Shown piece by piece: positions 1-12,853 of a stretch of DNA of 64,000 nucleotides. Source of the DNA: an uncultured Clostridia bacterium (GTDB taxonomy: Bacteria > Bacillota > Clostridia > Lachnospirales > CAMVHY01); contig CANEHT010000001.1 of the NCBI GenBank assembly GCA_947427385.1, forward strand, positions 19,572 to 83,571. Direction: 5' to 3'. The translations under genes and the position numbers were made by a program. The notes beneath the pieces are model-generated. The model was not told the DNA's origin. It worked only from the letters and a program-made list of their open reading frames with translations, and did no database searches. Position 1 is the stretch's first letter; each line of letters begins with the position of its first letter.

Positions 1-2219
1 TTATTTATATCTAATCCCACTTGAAAAAATCCCGATAATTCAAGAACAGATTTTTTGGAATAAATATAAAATGTTTCAGGTATTTTTTCATAAAATTGTT
101 GAATTTTATCATTATTATTTTCAAAAGCTTCTTCAACAATAATTTTTGTAACTTCATCTCTTAAATTTTTTGATTTTGGTCCATTTAAAAATGAATTTAT
201 TTCCTTTAATGAATCCAAATCATTATTTTCTTCAACGATTAAAAGAATTTTAGCAATAAACTCAGGTTTTAATAAATGCAAATAACCACATAAAACACTT
301 TCTGAAAATTCTGCTTCAGCTAAAATTTGAAAAGCTATCTTAATTTCAACAACGTTATTAATTCGTAAATAAATTAATACCTCTTCTAGAACTTTATCAT
401 AATCACAAAATACTGTCATATTATTAAATTTACTATTAAAATATGTTATACATTCTTTACTAAATAATTTATCACTGTTTTCAATTATTGCGCTTGCATA
501 ATTTTCATTTAATAATTCACCTATTAAACCATCTACAAATTGCCAATTTAAATTACATACAATTTGAGGATATTGCAATAATATATTTTTGTTTTCTCTA
601 ACAATTTTATTATTAATTTCGTTTAATTCGCTAACAAATAAAATCCAATTATTCAAAAAAGCAAATTCGTATATTTTTAGCTCATCCTTATCAAATTCAG
701 CCAATTCAGGATAAACTTTAAAAATTTTACTCATATCAAAAGTGTTAAATGCCATTATTATATCCTCAATCGATGCACCGTTTATTAAACATCCATAAGT
801 ATATTCAACAGGACTTAATTGACAAACTTCCCTAGCAATTAAAGCACTTTCTATAGCCTGAGGTGTTTGACAAACTCTTCTAAAATTTATATTTTGAAAA
901 GATTCACGAAATTCATTTCTATAATTCTGTGGTACAAGTTGTAGAAGTTCTTCTTGCTGTTGTGTTATAACGAACCTAAAATTATCATTTTGTGCACATG
1001 CACGATTCCACAATTCATCTGTAAATCCATTTTCATCTATATTTGCAATAATCCAATCAATAAAAACAGAAACTTGTTCAGGTAGTAAATTTTTTAAAAC
1101 ATAATAAAGTTTTTCTAAACCACTTTCACCTTTATAATATTTTATCAATAACCTTCGTGAAATTCTGTATCTATTCCAAAACCAACATTTTTGTGAAATC
1201 ATGGACAAAGCAATTAATTCCCTTGCAGTCAACTTATTATTTCTAATAATTCTCAAAACCGACCATTTATCACATCCTAATACAAAAGAATTTACGTCAA
1301 AACCCTGCAATTCCTCAAAAGATAAATTTTTAAAAAAATCATTAGTAAATTTATTTGCTTTTGCACTAAATTCTCTTTGCGCAAAAGAATGTATTTGTGT
1401 TACTTTACCAAAAATAATATTAAAATTTTCTCCATAATCGCTATCACGAAAACTAGATAAATTAAATCCAAATCCATCTTGCATTTCACTAAACGAAAAA
1501 TTTATATTACCTTCTTGAATTTTTTCAAAAAGAATAGCAAAATCACAAAGTTTATTATCATAAGCTAATTTACCAAATATTAAATCATAAAAAAGTTCTT
1601 CTGAAATAAATTCTTTCCTTGTCATAAACGACAACAAACCTTTTGAGAAACTCAAATATTGTTCTTCATTACTCAAATCTTGTATTTCATTGGCTTTAAA
1701 CTTTTCAATTTCTCCATACATTTCATCTAAATTATAACAAATCCATAATATATCATTCGTTTTAGTTTTAGCATATTTCCCGCTGTCTAAAAAATTTCCT
1801 AAGTTAGATTCTCGATAAATACTATGAAGCAAAATATTTTTATTAAACATTATACCTGGACCAAGTTCAGTAAAAAAATTTTTGTTAATATGTTTATTTC
1901 TCGCAATAAATTCAGCCAACAAAATCAAAAAATTTCTATTTCTTATTTCATAAACACGAAATTCTTCTTCTTTTAAATTTGCAAAATCAATTTGTGATTT
2001 ATTTCCATCATTCAATAAATTTCCTAACTCTTCATAAACTAAACTTTCAATTCCATCAATTTGATTAATATAAAATGAAAATCTATTAAATAATTCTTCA
2101 GGAATATTATTTTCATCAAGAAGTTCTATATCTTTTATTAAATTAAAAATACCTTCTGCAATTCTTTTCGCTTTTGAACGCTCTTCATTATTTTCCGCTG
2201 CAGCCGTATTTTCACTCAT
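1..2219 (-). CDS. large orphan protein, paralog A (C-terminus lies beyond window edge; >=739 aa)
   Basis: In my own translation the minus-strand frame is open from ATG 2219-2217 (SD GAGGTG 5 nt upstream) to position 1 with no stop, which explains its absence from the ORF track. The N-terminus reads MSENTAAAENNEERSK. The central ~170 aa align with the 2344-4680 product (SQKCW..NR..RLLIK, LLQLVP, NFRxVCQTPQA, LSPxEY). No known domain recognised. Confidence 0.75.
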   Translation of the reverse strand, partial: MSENTAAAENNEERSKAKRIAEGIFNLIKDIELLDENNIPEELFNRFSFYINQIDGIESLVYEELGNLLNDGNKSQIDFANLKEEEFRVYEIRNRNFLILLAEFIARNKHINKNFFTELGPGIMFNKNILLHSIYRESNLGNFLDSGKYAKTKTNDILWICYNLDEMYGEIEKFKANEIQDLSNEEQYLSFSKGLLSFMTRKEFISEELFYDLIFGKLAYDNKLCDFAILFEKIQEGNINFSFSEMQDGFGFNLSSFRDSDYGENFNIIFGKVTQIHSFAQREFSAKANKFTNDFFKNLSFEELQGFDVNSFVLGCDKWSVLRIIRNNKLTARELIALSMISQKCWFWNRYRISRRLLIKYYKGESGLEKLYYVLKNLLPEQVSVFIDWIIANIDENGFTDELWNRACAQNDNFRFVITQQQEELLQLVPQNYRNEFRESFQNINFRRVCQTPQAIESALIAREVCQLSPVEYTYGCLINGASIEDIIMAFNTFDMSKIFKVYPELAEFDKDELKIYEFAFLNNWILFVSELNEINNKIVRENKNILLQYPQIVCNLNWQFVDGLIGELLNENYASAIIENSDKLFSKECITYFNSKFNNMTVFCDYDKVLEEVLIYLRINNVVEIKIAFQILAEAEFSESVLCGYLHLLKPEFIAKILLIVEENNDLDSLKEINSFLNGPKSKNLRDEVTKIIVEEAFENNNDKIQQFYEKIPETFYIYSKKSVLELSGFFQVGLDIN

Positions 2220-2343
2220 TTTATCACCTCAACTAAAAGCCACATTAATTATCATATAATTATTATAATACATATAAAAATATATTTAAAGCTAAGATGA
2301 ATAAAATAAATATTTATCTAAATTTAATAGCCTAATGTTTTTA

Positions 2344-4680
2344 TTATTTCCCCTTTTCATTCAAATTAAAATTTTCTTGAGGCGGCACATTATTTTCTGT
2401 AAGTTTCATTGCAACTTCTGGATTTGCAGCTAAATGTGCACCTAAATCCATAGCATTTGTATTTTCTGTTTTCTGCAATAGAGTAACGATGTTTGCTAAA
2501 TTTTCAACTGATTGATCCATCGATAATAAAATATCAGCAAAACTTTTTAATGTATCTTTTGCCCGCCATTTAACAAAGCTATTTAAAGTCGACATCAACT
2601 CATACGTACACTTGTTTACAATTAAACTATTAATAATTTTAAATGCTGTATTAATAGGCCCTTCAATATCGCATTTTTTAACTAACTCAACAATTTTTTG
2701 CTTTAATATTTTTTTGCTCGATTCATCACTTATTTTGGAGAGTTCACTTTTTATTGAACTCCAATCCAAAATATCTATTTGATTTACATCTAATCCTAAA
2801 TTTAAAAATTCATTTAACTGCAAAACATCTTCTTTTGAATTTATAAATTTAAAAACATCACACGTTTTGGCTAATTCATAAAATTTCTTGATTTTACTTT
2901 TATCATTTTCAAAAGTTTCTGTAATAAAATGTTTTTTTCGTTCAACAATAACTTTCATAACTTCAATTTTTATTTCCTTAAATTTTGGTTTATCTAAGTT
3001 TTTAATTAAAATATCGTATAAACACCAATTATTTTCTTTTGCTGCATAATCATATAAATCCACAATACAATTATAATCAGCAACTAATAAAAAATCAGCA
3101 AAAAGATCATTTGCAAAATAAAGTTCATCATTAAAATCAACAGTTGCAAACATTGCAAAGCCATTAGAAAATGTTTCAGTTACATTTTTATCTTCTGTAT
3201 ACCCATATTGCTTTAAAAAATTTCTCGACATTTTTTCTATTGTATCAAAACTTTTGAAATTTCCCCCGCTTTCAACTTTTTCAATATTTTCTTTATAATA
3301 TTTAATAGCATCCATTGAAAATATTTTATCTAAATAATTAAATAGATTATCTTTTATATTGGTAGGATCACTAAGCTCTAAAACAAATTGTTGTAAACGT
3401 AAATAATCAGCACACACTAATTGACTTTCATTAAATAATTTATTTTTATTTTCTTTACTGATAATCGAATCATCTATTTCATTTATAGCAAATGAAAATG
3501 TAATCCAAGAATGAATAAAATAAAATAAATACATTTTCTTTACACCATCAGGAAATTGATTCAATTGATCCCCAAAGACATTATAAATTTTATCTGCATT
3601 AAAAGTATCAAGTGCTATTTTTATATGTTCTATTTTCCCATAAGGTAAACAATGATTAATATATTCAATAGGACTTAATGAACAAGCTTCCGTAATAGTT
3701 AACAAATTTTTTACAGCTTGAGGAGTTTGACAAACCTTTCTAAAATTTTTATTTTGGAATAACTTACGAAATTCATCTTGTATTTCTGGAGGTACAAGTT
3801 GTAAAAGTGATTCTTGTTCACGCGATAAGAAACCATTATTTTGCGCTCGTTCCCACAAATCATTTACTAAACCATTTTCATTTGTTAAATTATTTATATT
3901 TTGATACAACCATCTATAAAAATTATCAACTTGATCTATTGGTAAATTATTTACGATATCAGCAATTCTATTTAAACCACTTCTGCCATTACCATCTTTT
4001 ATCAATAATCGTTGTAAAATTTTCTTTCTGTTCAAAGGCCAACATTTTTGTGAAACTCTTAATAAAACATTTATTTCTTCTACAGATAAATCATTATTTT
4101 GCATACATTTCGAAACTGATGGTTTTTTATACTGACTTACTAAAGGTTCTATATCAAAATCATTTAATTTTGCAAAAGAAGAGTTCCGAATAAAATAACG
4201 ATAATCAGTAAAGCTTCGCAATAAATTATTTGTGAAATTTTTCAGATTCTCTCGGGATTTTCTCCTTTCTGCAAAATAAAGTATGTCATACAATTTTTGC
4301 ATTTTATAAGAAATTTTTTCCCAATCATGCATAAATTCACATAATTGATGAAAATCAGGGTCATTCTTTTTCTTATAAGAAAATTTTGATTTTACTTCTC
4401 TCCAAATTTCAACAAAATTAATGATATCAAAATCTAAATCCGAATCTAAACCTACATTTTGTTTATTCATAATACGATGGCAAATAATATCATTTTTGGT
4501 TCGCGTTTTATCATTAAATGTCACTCTTGGGCCCAAAAATATATCTTCTTCAGCTAATAACGAATAATCTTCCAATAGCTTATCATAATCAATTTGATTT
4601 TCTTCATTAAAAATACGTTTGATATTATCTAAAGGAGCATAAGTATTATCTTTTCTAGTTCCATTTGTATTTCTATTCAT
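2344..4680 (-). CDS. large orphan protein, paralog B (778 aa)
   Basis: Long intact ORF with the same SD/start context (GAGGTGATAAA-ATG) and the same TGTATTATAATAAT -10 region as paralog A. It has no signal peptide, TM segment or catalytic motif that I recognise. Confidence 0.8.
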   Translation of the reverse strand: MNRNTNGTRKDNTYAPLDNIKRIFNEENQIDYDKLLEDYSLLAEEDIFLGPRVTFNDKTRTKNDIICHRIMNKQNVGLDSDLDFDIINFVEIWREVKSKFSYKKKNDPDFHQLCEFMHDWEKISYKMQKLYDILYFAERRKSRENLKNFTNNLLRSFTDYRYFIRNSSFAKLNDFDIEPLVSQYKKPSVSKCMQNNDLSVEEINVLLRVSQKCWPLNRKKILQRLLIKDGNGRSGLNRIADIVNNLPIDQVDNFYRWLYQNINNLTNENGLVNDLWERAQNNGFLSREQESLLQLVPPEIQDEFRKLFQNKNFRKVCQTPQAVKNLLTITEACSLSPIEYINHCLPYGKIEHIKIALDTFNADKIYNVFGDQLNQFPDGVKKMYLFYFIHSWITFSFAINEIDDSIISKENKNKLFNESQLVCADYLRLQQFVLELSDPTNIKDNLFNYLDKIFSMDAIKYYKENIEKVESGGNFKSFDTIEKMSRNFLKQYGYTEDKNVTETFSNGFAMFATVDFNDELYFANDLFADFLLVADYNCIVDLYDYAAKENNWCLYDILIKNLDKPKFKEIKIEVMKVIVERKKHFITETFENDKSKIKKFYELAKTCDVFKFINSKEDVLQLNEFLNLGLDVNQIDILDWSSIKSELSKISDESSKKILKQKIVELVKKCDIEGPINTAFKIINSLIVNKCTYELMSTLNSFVKWRAKDTLKSFADILLSMDQSVENLANIVTLLQKTENTNAMDLGAHLAANPEVAMKLTENNVPPQENFNLNEKGK

Positions 4681-4853
4681 TTTATCACCTCATTTGCAAA
4701 TTTACTGACATATCATTATTATAATACAAAATATATAAAAAGTAAATATATATTTACCAAAAAACAAAATTAGCAAAGAAAATACTTATTAGAAAGATTT
4801 CGTTTGAGTGACAAAAAAATGAAATTTTTTCAAGCAAAAAACTTTTTTGGGCA

Positions 4854-4887
4854 CAAAAAAAACTTCGCAAACGCGAAGCTTTTTTTC
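4854..4887 (-). terminator. rho-independent terminator downstream of eno
   Basis: Hairpin CTTCGC-aaac-GCGAAG (4863-4878) flanked by an A9 run and a T6 run. On the minus strand the T-run follows the stem. Confidence 0.7.
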
Positions 4888-4893
4888 ACACAA

Positions 4894-7766
<2,873 letters not shown>

Positions 7767-8510
7767 CTAAATCGCCTCTTTAATTATGGAAACGAAATCA
7801 TCTGTCAAACTTGAACCGCCAACCAAACCGCCATCAATATCAGGCATTGCAAATAATTCTTTAGCATTCTTTGAATTAACACTACCACCATATTGAATTT
7901 GAATTTCATCGGCAATATTTGGGTCATAAATTTCTGCAAGGACTTTACGAATCTCAGCACAAATATCTTGTGCTTGCGAAGCGGTCGCAGTTTTTCCCGT
8001 ACCGATAGCCCAAATCGGTTCGTACGCAATTACAAATTTGCTAGTGCCGCTGACATTTATCAATGCATTTTTTATTTGCATCCGAATAAATTCAATTTCG
8101 ACATGATTTTCACGTTGCCGCAACGTTTCACCGACACAAATTATTGGAACAATTCCATGTGCAATAGCTTTTATAACTTTTTTGTTTATCATTTCGTCAG
8201 ATTCATTAAACAATTGACGGCGTTCAGAATGTCCAACGATTACATAATTTATTTGGGAATCAGCAAGCATTTTCGCCGAAATTTCACCAGTATACGCGCC
8301 TGAATCTTCAAAATAAATATTTTGAGCGCCAACTTTAATATTTGTGCCAATGAGGCAATCACGAACTGAAATCAAATCGATTGCTGGGACGCATAAGACA
8401 ATGTCGCAATCATTTGAGTCAATATCATTTTTAATTGTGGAAACAAATTTAGTAGCTTCGTCGGGATTTTTATTCATTTTCCAATTGCCAGCAATAATTG
8501 TTTTACGCAT
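7767..8510 (-). CDS. tpiA: triosephosphate isomerase
   Basis: 247 aa with AGNWKMN, VGHSERR and AYEPIWAIGTGKTA motifs. Confidence 0.96.
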   Translation of the reverse strand: MRKTIIAGNWKMNKNPDEATKFVSTIKNDIDSNDCDIVLCVPAIDLISVRDCLIGTNIKVGAQNIYFEDSGAYTGEISAKMLADSQINYVIVGHSERRQLFNESDEMINKKVIKAIAHGIVPIICVGETLRQRENHVEIEFIRMQIKNALINVSGTSKFVIAYEPIWAIGTGKTATASQAQDICAEIRKVLAEIYDPNIADEIQIQYGGSVNSKNAKELFAMPDIDGGLVGGSSLTDDFVSIIKEAI

Positions 8511-8521
8511 AAAGTTCCTCC

Positions 8522-8716
8522 TTATTGCAAAGTTTCATTAATTTCATGTAGTAGTTCATCACAATTTAAATTATGGACGTCGCAAGCTTGCTCTAAAGTT
8601 TCCGCTTGAGCAGACGGACAACCTAAGCAATGCATTCCGGCATTAGTTAAAACGTCGGCAATTTTTTCATTAGTCTCTAAAATTTCACCGATAGTCATAT
8701 TTTTTGTTATAGCCAT
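8522..8716 (-). CDS. DUF1858-type small redox-disulfide protein (hybrid-cluster-protein-associated family)
   Basis: 64 aa with TIGEIL...[10 protein letters not shown], typical of this family. Confidence 0.7.
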   Translation of the reverse strand: MAITKNMTIGEILETNEKIADVLTNAGMHCLGCPSAQAETLEQACDVHNLNCDELLHEINETLQ

Positions 8717-8786
8717 AAAAATCTCAGCTCCTTTCCAAAAATATATTATACTCTAATAAAAACTTTTCAGCAAAAAAAGTAAGGAC

Positions 8787-9872
8787 GTGAATGAAATGGG
8801 TGGATCATTTTTCGGACGAATTTTAAAAATCAGTACATTTGGTGAAAGTCATGGCAAAGCAATAGGTGTAATAATTGATGGATGCCCGGCAGGATTAAAA
8901 ATTTATAAACGCGACATTGAAAAATATTTACATCGCCGCGCACCAATTTCAAAATTTTCTACGGCACGCCACGAACCCGATAAATTTGAAATACTTTCGG
9001 GAATCATGGATAACCAAACTTTAGGCACTCCAATTTGTATCATCGTTGAGAATAAAAATTTCAACGCCGATGATTATTCACGAGAAATATTTCGACCAGG
9101 CCACGCCGATTATTGCTACGAAAAAAAATTTGGCTGCCGAGATTATCGCGGCGGTGGTAGAGCTTCAGGACGTGAAACTGTCGCACGAGTAATTGCGGGA
9201 TGTATAGCGCAAAAATTTTTGACACAATTAGAAATTGACGTCCGCGCCTACACTTATTCGATAAATAATATTTGCATAAAAAAAATTGATTGGCACGAAA
9301 ATTTTTTATTCATGCCTGACAAAAATTCTTTCACCAAAGCCGTTAATTTTTTAGAAAACATGCCCGCAGATGATTCTGTCGGCGGAATTGTAGAATGCAC
9401 TGTAAAAAATATTAAGTGTGGCATCGGTGAACCCATCTTCGACAAATTAGACGCACAAATTGCTAAAGCAGTTATGTCCATCGGCGCAGTAAAAGGAATT
9501 GAATTCGGTAGCGGCTTCGGATCAACTTACTTATTCGGCTCACAAAACAATGATGAATATTATTTCGATGACGGCGTCAAAAAAAAATCAAATAATTCCG
9601 GTGGAATCACGGGCGGAATTACAGACGGCGGCGATATAATTTTTCGCGCCGCAATCAAACCAACGCCATCGATTGCAAAATTACAAAATACAATTAACAA
9701 CACAAACGAAAATGTACAAATAAAAACGCGCGGGCGTCATGACAAAATAATTGTACCACGCGCCGTCGTTGTTATAGAATCAATGACGGCAATAGCATTG
9801 ATGGACCAAATTCTTTTGTCATGCACTGCAAAATTTTCTGATGTCAAAAAAAATTATTTTGGACGGCGATAA
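8787..9872 (+). CDS. aroC: chorismate synthase
   Basis: FGESHG, RPGHAD and [10 protein letters not shown] motifs. The track start is GTG 8787; ATG 8796 (MGGSFFG) is an alternative start. Confidence 0.93.
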   Translation: MNEMGGSFFGRILKISTFGESHGKAIGVIIDGCPAGLKIYKRDIEKYLHRRAPISKFSTARHEPDKFEILSGIMDNQTLGTPICIIVENKNFNADDYSREIFRPGHADYCYEKKFGCRDYRGGGRASGRETVARVIAGCIAQKFLTQLEIDVRAYTYSINNICIKKIDWHENFLFMPDKNSFTKAVNFLENMPADDSVGGIVECTVKNIKCGIGEPIFDKLDAQIAKAVMSIGAVKGIEFGSGFGSTYLFGSQNNDEYYFDDGVKKKSNNSGGITGGITDGGDIIFRAAIKPTPSIAKLQNTINNTNENVQIKTRGRHDKIIVPRAVVVIESMTAIALMDQILLSCTAKFSDVKKNYFGRR

Positions 9873-9875
9873 AAA

Positions 9876-10340
9876 TTGAAAAATAAAAATGGCAATGCTT
9901 ATATTTTTGTCATTCTAATTTTGATGATTTCATCATTATTTTTGAACAGCACACTTGACATCATAAAAATCAGCGATGAGAAAAAACATAGCGAAAACAA
10001 TAATTTATATTACATGGCAGAAAGCGGCATTGATAAATTTTCTGACATAGCAAATAAAATTTTGGAATTAAGTATCAAACAAGCCGAAGAAACAAATCAA
10101 TCTGAATCACAAATTTTTAACGAGAACATGCAAAAATTTTTTGGCAATGAAAAAATTTTAATGAAAATCAAAAATGCACCAAGCGATTATGAAATAGAAA
10201 TTAATTTTGAACGTGAAAACGATTTCGATTACAAAATAAAATCTTGCGCAACTGACACTATCAATAAAAATAAAGTTGAAATGATTGGCAAAATAAAAAG
10301 AGACGGTAAAAAATTTTCATCCGTCTCATATGTTTCATGA
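9876..10340 (+). CDS. small membrane-anchored protein with PilX_N-like N-terminus (minor pilin-like?)
   Basis: TTG start right after aroC. The N-terminus NGNAYIFVILILMISSLFL is followed by LYYMAESGIDKF, resembling the PilX N-terminal pattern (hydrophobic anchor ... AEaGle). No other pilus genes are nearby. Confidence 0.35.
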   Translation: MKNKNGNAYIFVILILMISSLFLNSTLDIIKISDEKKHSENNNLYYMAESGIDKFSDIANKILELSIKQAEETNQSESQIFNENMQKFFGNEKILMKIKNAPSDYEIEINFERENDFDYKIKSCATDTINKNKVEMIGKIKRDGKKFSSVSYVS

Positions 10341-10365
10341 AAAATAAAATTTATATACCCATTAA

Positions 10366-11250
10366 CTATTCTTTTCCTTTATCTTCGTTATTTTCTTTAA
10401 ATGGCTCATCTGAATAATCATCTAAATTATTTTCAACTTCATTAACTTCATAATTATCTTGTTCTTTTGCCTTTGATTGTTCCAATTGTTCTTCTTCTAA
10501 TTCAATTGTTTTTTTATCTGCCTTAAATTTGTCTATACAATAAGTGAAAAAAAATATCAGTACTAAACTAACAGCGGTAACAGGCGCTGCTATTTTTACA
10601 ACAACCGCAGCTGCTAACGCTAACAAACCAATTTCCCATGATATCAAAAAACTAATTGCTCCCAAAAAAATTAATAAGCCAATTGTTACTCCTATGCTGC
10701 CTAAAATTCCTAGCGTTTTATTTTTTGCTTTTCTTTCAGATAATTCTTTCCTTAAGATTTCTCTTTCTTTTTCTTTTTCATGAAATTCACATAAATTTTG
10801 AAAAAAGTTTTTTGCTAATTCAGTCTTTAAAGCACGACGTATCAAATTCACATTACTAAAAGAAAATAAATTTTCATCGCAAAGGCGATCAACGATTATT
10901 AAATTTTCATTATCTAAACTATTTTTTCCGCAAACATTAAGAAATTCAGGTAATATAGTAATATCAAATTTAAAATTCTTTGTTATTTGTAGAATAGTTT
11001 TCACACAATTTGCATCTAAAATTTCTTTTTCACAAACTCCAAAAAAGTAACCTAATGAAATTCTATCAAATTCAAGCCCAGCTTTCTTTATTGCCTCTGC
11101 AATATCATTTACTTGTTTAGTTGAGAACAGTTTAAAATTTAAATTCCCAAATAACAAAGTCAATTGAACATTTTTATTTTTATTTATCTCATCCAAAACA
11201 TTTTGAACTTTTTGCTCATGATCTTGATTTGAAATCTGTGTATCTTCCAT
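10366..11250 (-). CDS. orphan hydrophobic-hairpin/coiled-coil protein (294 aa from ATG 11250)
   Basis: Soluble N-domain, then a ~60-aa hydrophobic block LGILGSIGVTIGLLIFLGAISFLISWEIGLLALAAAVVVKIAAPVTAVSLVLIFFFTYCI, then an acidic tail. The track start (TTG 11352) lies inside a terminator stem and upstream of a TGTTATAAT -10 (11300-11308), so I prefer ATG 11250 (MEDTQIS). Confidence 0.6.
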   Translation of the reverse strand: MEDTQISNQDHEQKVQNVLDEINKNKNVQLTLLFGNLNFKLFSTKQVNDIAEAIKKAGLEFDRISLGYFFGVCEKEILDANCVKTILQITKNFKFDITILPEFLNVCGKNSLDNENLIIVDRLCDENLFSFSNVNLIRRALKTELAKNFFQNLCEFHEKEKEREILRKELSERKAKNKTLGILGSIGVTIGLLIFLGAISFLISWEIGLLALAAAVVVKIAAPVTAVSLVLIFFFTYCIDKFKADKKTIELEEEQLEQSKAKEQDNYEVNEVENNLDDYSDEPFKENNEDKGKE

Positions 11251-11336
11251 AAAAATCACAACCCATTTTAAAAAATTTAATCGTAATCGTATATAAAATA
11301 TTATAACAAAAATTGAAACAAAATTTAAAAATTGAG

Positions 11337-11371
11337 TAAAAAAATCAGACAAATTATTTTGTCTGTTTTTT
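11337..11371. terminator. orphan bidirectional terminator hairpin in a divergent intergenic region
   Basis: CAGACAAA-ttat-TTTGTCTG (11346-11365) flanked by A7 and T6 runs. No co-oriented gene ends next to it on either strand. Confidence 0.5.
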
Positions 11372-11513
11372 GTATAAAAAATTTTTAGTAAAAAATACTG
11401 TTAAAAATTTTCATCTATCTCATATGTTTATAAAAAAATCATTCTTATTTTTTTAAATCATCCTTTTCGTTTCAAGCTGTGGAACATTTAATTGTGATTG
11501 TTTATCAATATAA

Positions 11514-12086
11514 TTGCGTACCAAACTTAAAAATTTTTTTATAACATTATTATTTATTTCTTCAGATATTTTCTTTAAATTAGATTTTGCCAAAAATGAA
11601 CTTTCACAAATCAAACAAAATTTTGCAATAGCATTACCAAAAGCAATGCTTTGGATGACTTATAATTTAATTGCAGCCAAAGATTTAGAAAAACAAATTG
11701 CTATATCTCAAAATCAATATTGGTATTATATCATAAATATAATATCAGCAAATTCAAATTGCAATATTTAAACGCCATTACTTCAAAATTGCTAGAAAAT
11801 CTAAAATTAATCGTTGACGATAATGATCCTATTACCAATAAATTAGCAGAATTTAAGATAAATAATAATATGTTCCCTAAAAATTGCGTTATTGCAATTT
11901 CCGACTTATATTGCTTTTCAAAATTCTGTAGAAAGAATATATTTGTTTAATGATGTTGAACAAGTTGTTGGACACACAGTTTATCTAATGGCAATACAAT
12001 ATTTACTTTTTTTGTCGCACCAAGAATTAATAAAAATGGATTGTTTGTATTTAATGAAAACTCTAAAATTAATCAAGAAAACATAG
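11514..12086 (+). pseudogene. frameshifted 5' remnants of an orphan gene (three overlapping ORFs in frames 0/2/0)
   Basis: ORFs 11514-11771, 11720-11950 and 11892-12086 overlap end-to-start in different frames. The frame of the 12118 ORF opens at 12073, overlapping the last fragment. This pattern fits a ~385-aa gene broken by about three indels. Confidence 0.5.
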
Positions 12087-12117
12087 AAATTTTAGGTTCA
12101 CCTTTAATATAATTAAA

Positions 12118-12672
12118 ATGTATGATCCTGAGTTTGAATTGACAGATATACATTTTAAAGAAAATTTTATTAATTCAATAAACGATTTTTGCAAAGCTTT
12201 TGGATGTGATGAATTTGATAGTGAAAATATAATTAAAGAATGTGAAGATGATGCAAATAAATTTTTACAAGGTTTTCTACGAGAAAATAATGGAGTTAAA
12301 CAAATAAAAAATGAAATTAATAGCACTTCAAAAATGTTGAATAAATTGAGTTGGTTATTAGGGATTTTTTTTACTGCTGCACCAATAGCTGTAGGTATTG
12401 CACTTGGCGCAATTGGTATGCTTGTATGGCCTTTCGCTAGTATTATAATTTCGGCTGGTATTGTAGCTGGTATAATTTTTGGAATAGTTAAGTGTTGTCA
12501 AAAAGTACGGAACATAAATAATCTTAATAAAAACAATTCTGTTTATGGACAAAATAGTGATAGTATGAGAAAAAGTTTGCTTCCTAAAGAAGATAATGCA
12601 TTATTGCAAACAAATGAACTAAATGGTGAACAATTACAAAGTTTGCTCCTTAATTCAGAACAACGAGTATAA
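12118..12672 (+). CDS. orphan hydrophobic-hairpin protein (184 aa), possibly the 3' part of the disrupted gene starting near 11514
   Basis: Hairpin block LSWLLGIFFTAAPIAVGIALGAIGMLVWPFASIIISAGIVAGIIFGIV is followed by a basic KCCQKVRN stretch and an N/Q-rich tail. An upstream helix SENIIKECEDDANKFLQGF resembles the conserved Cys-helix of the 31-38 kb family. There is no SD before ATG 12118. Confidence 0.5.
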   Translation: MYDPEFELTDIHFKENFINSINDFCKAFGCDEFDSENIIKECEDDANKFLQGFLRENNGVKQIKNEINSTSKMLNKLSWLLGIFFTAAPIAVGIALGAIGMLVWPFASIIISAGIVAGIIFGIVKCCQKVRNINNLNKNNSVYGQNSDSMRKSLLPKEDNALLQTNELNGEQLQSLLLNSEQRV

Positions 12673-12780
12673 TTAATGATATTAAGTATTTTAATTCGCC
12701 TTAAAATAAAAATTGAAATACTATAAAAACAAATCATTTCAAGATTGATCATTAAATTCATTTTTGAAAAATATTACCGT

Positions 12781-12826
12781 TTGATTTACGTATTTTTATA
12801 TTATATAATGTTATCATAATGTAATT
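12781..12826 (+). promoter_or_regulatory. sigmaA-like promoter plus 11-bp-phased direct repeat
   Basis: TTGATT (12781-86), 17-nt spacer, TATAAT (12804-09). It is followed by TGTTATC-ATAA-TGTAATT (12809-12826). Confidence 0.45.
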
Positions 12827-12853
12827 TATATGTGTTTTGGGGAGGGATTTATT

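Noticed and set aside
3807-4193. Many ORFs in the six-frame track lie antisense to or nested within long genes. Examples are 3807-4193, 5254-5469, 5978-6212, 6930-7636, 7805-8303, 9254-9481, 14022-15468, 18118-18438, 19097-19879, 24527-25378, 40307-41542, 44891-45724, 51689-52257 and 61606-62056.
   Set aside because: Each overlaps a longer ORF on another frame or strand that has clear family motifs or an SD and start context. The products are low-complexity strings typical of AT-rich antisense frames, and none has its own SD.
7767-8716. The glycolytic operon lacks gap and pgk upstream of tpiA, and a DUF1858 gene sits there instead.
   Set aside because: Gene order for gap-pgk-tpi-gpmI-eno varies among Firmicutes, and gap/pgk are probably elsewhere. 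This is not informative on its own.
10366-11352. The extended 328-aa version of the 10366 gene, with an extra N-terminal hydrophobic segment (MSDFFTQFLNFVSIFVIIFYI...).
   Set aside because: Its TTG start lies inside the stem of the 11346-11365 hairpin, and the extension is encoded by promoter-like DNA containing TGTTATAAT. ATG 11250 is more plausible, but an N-terminal TM helix cannot be strictly excluded without data.
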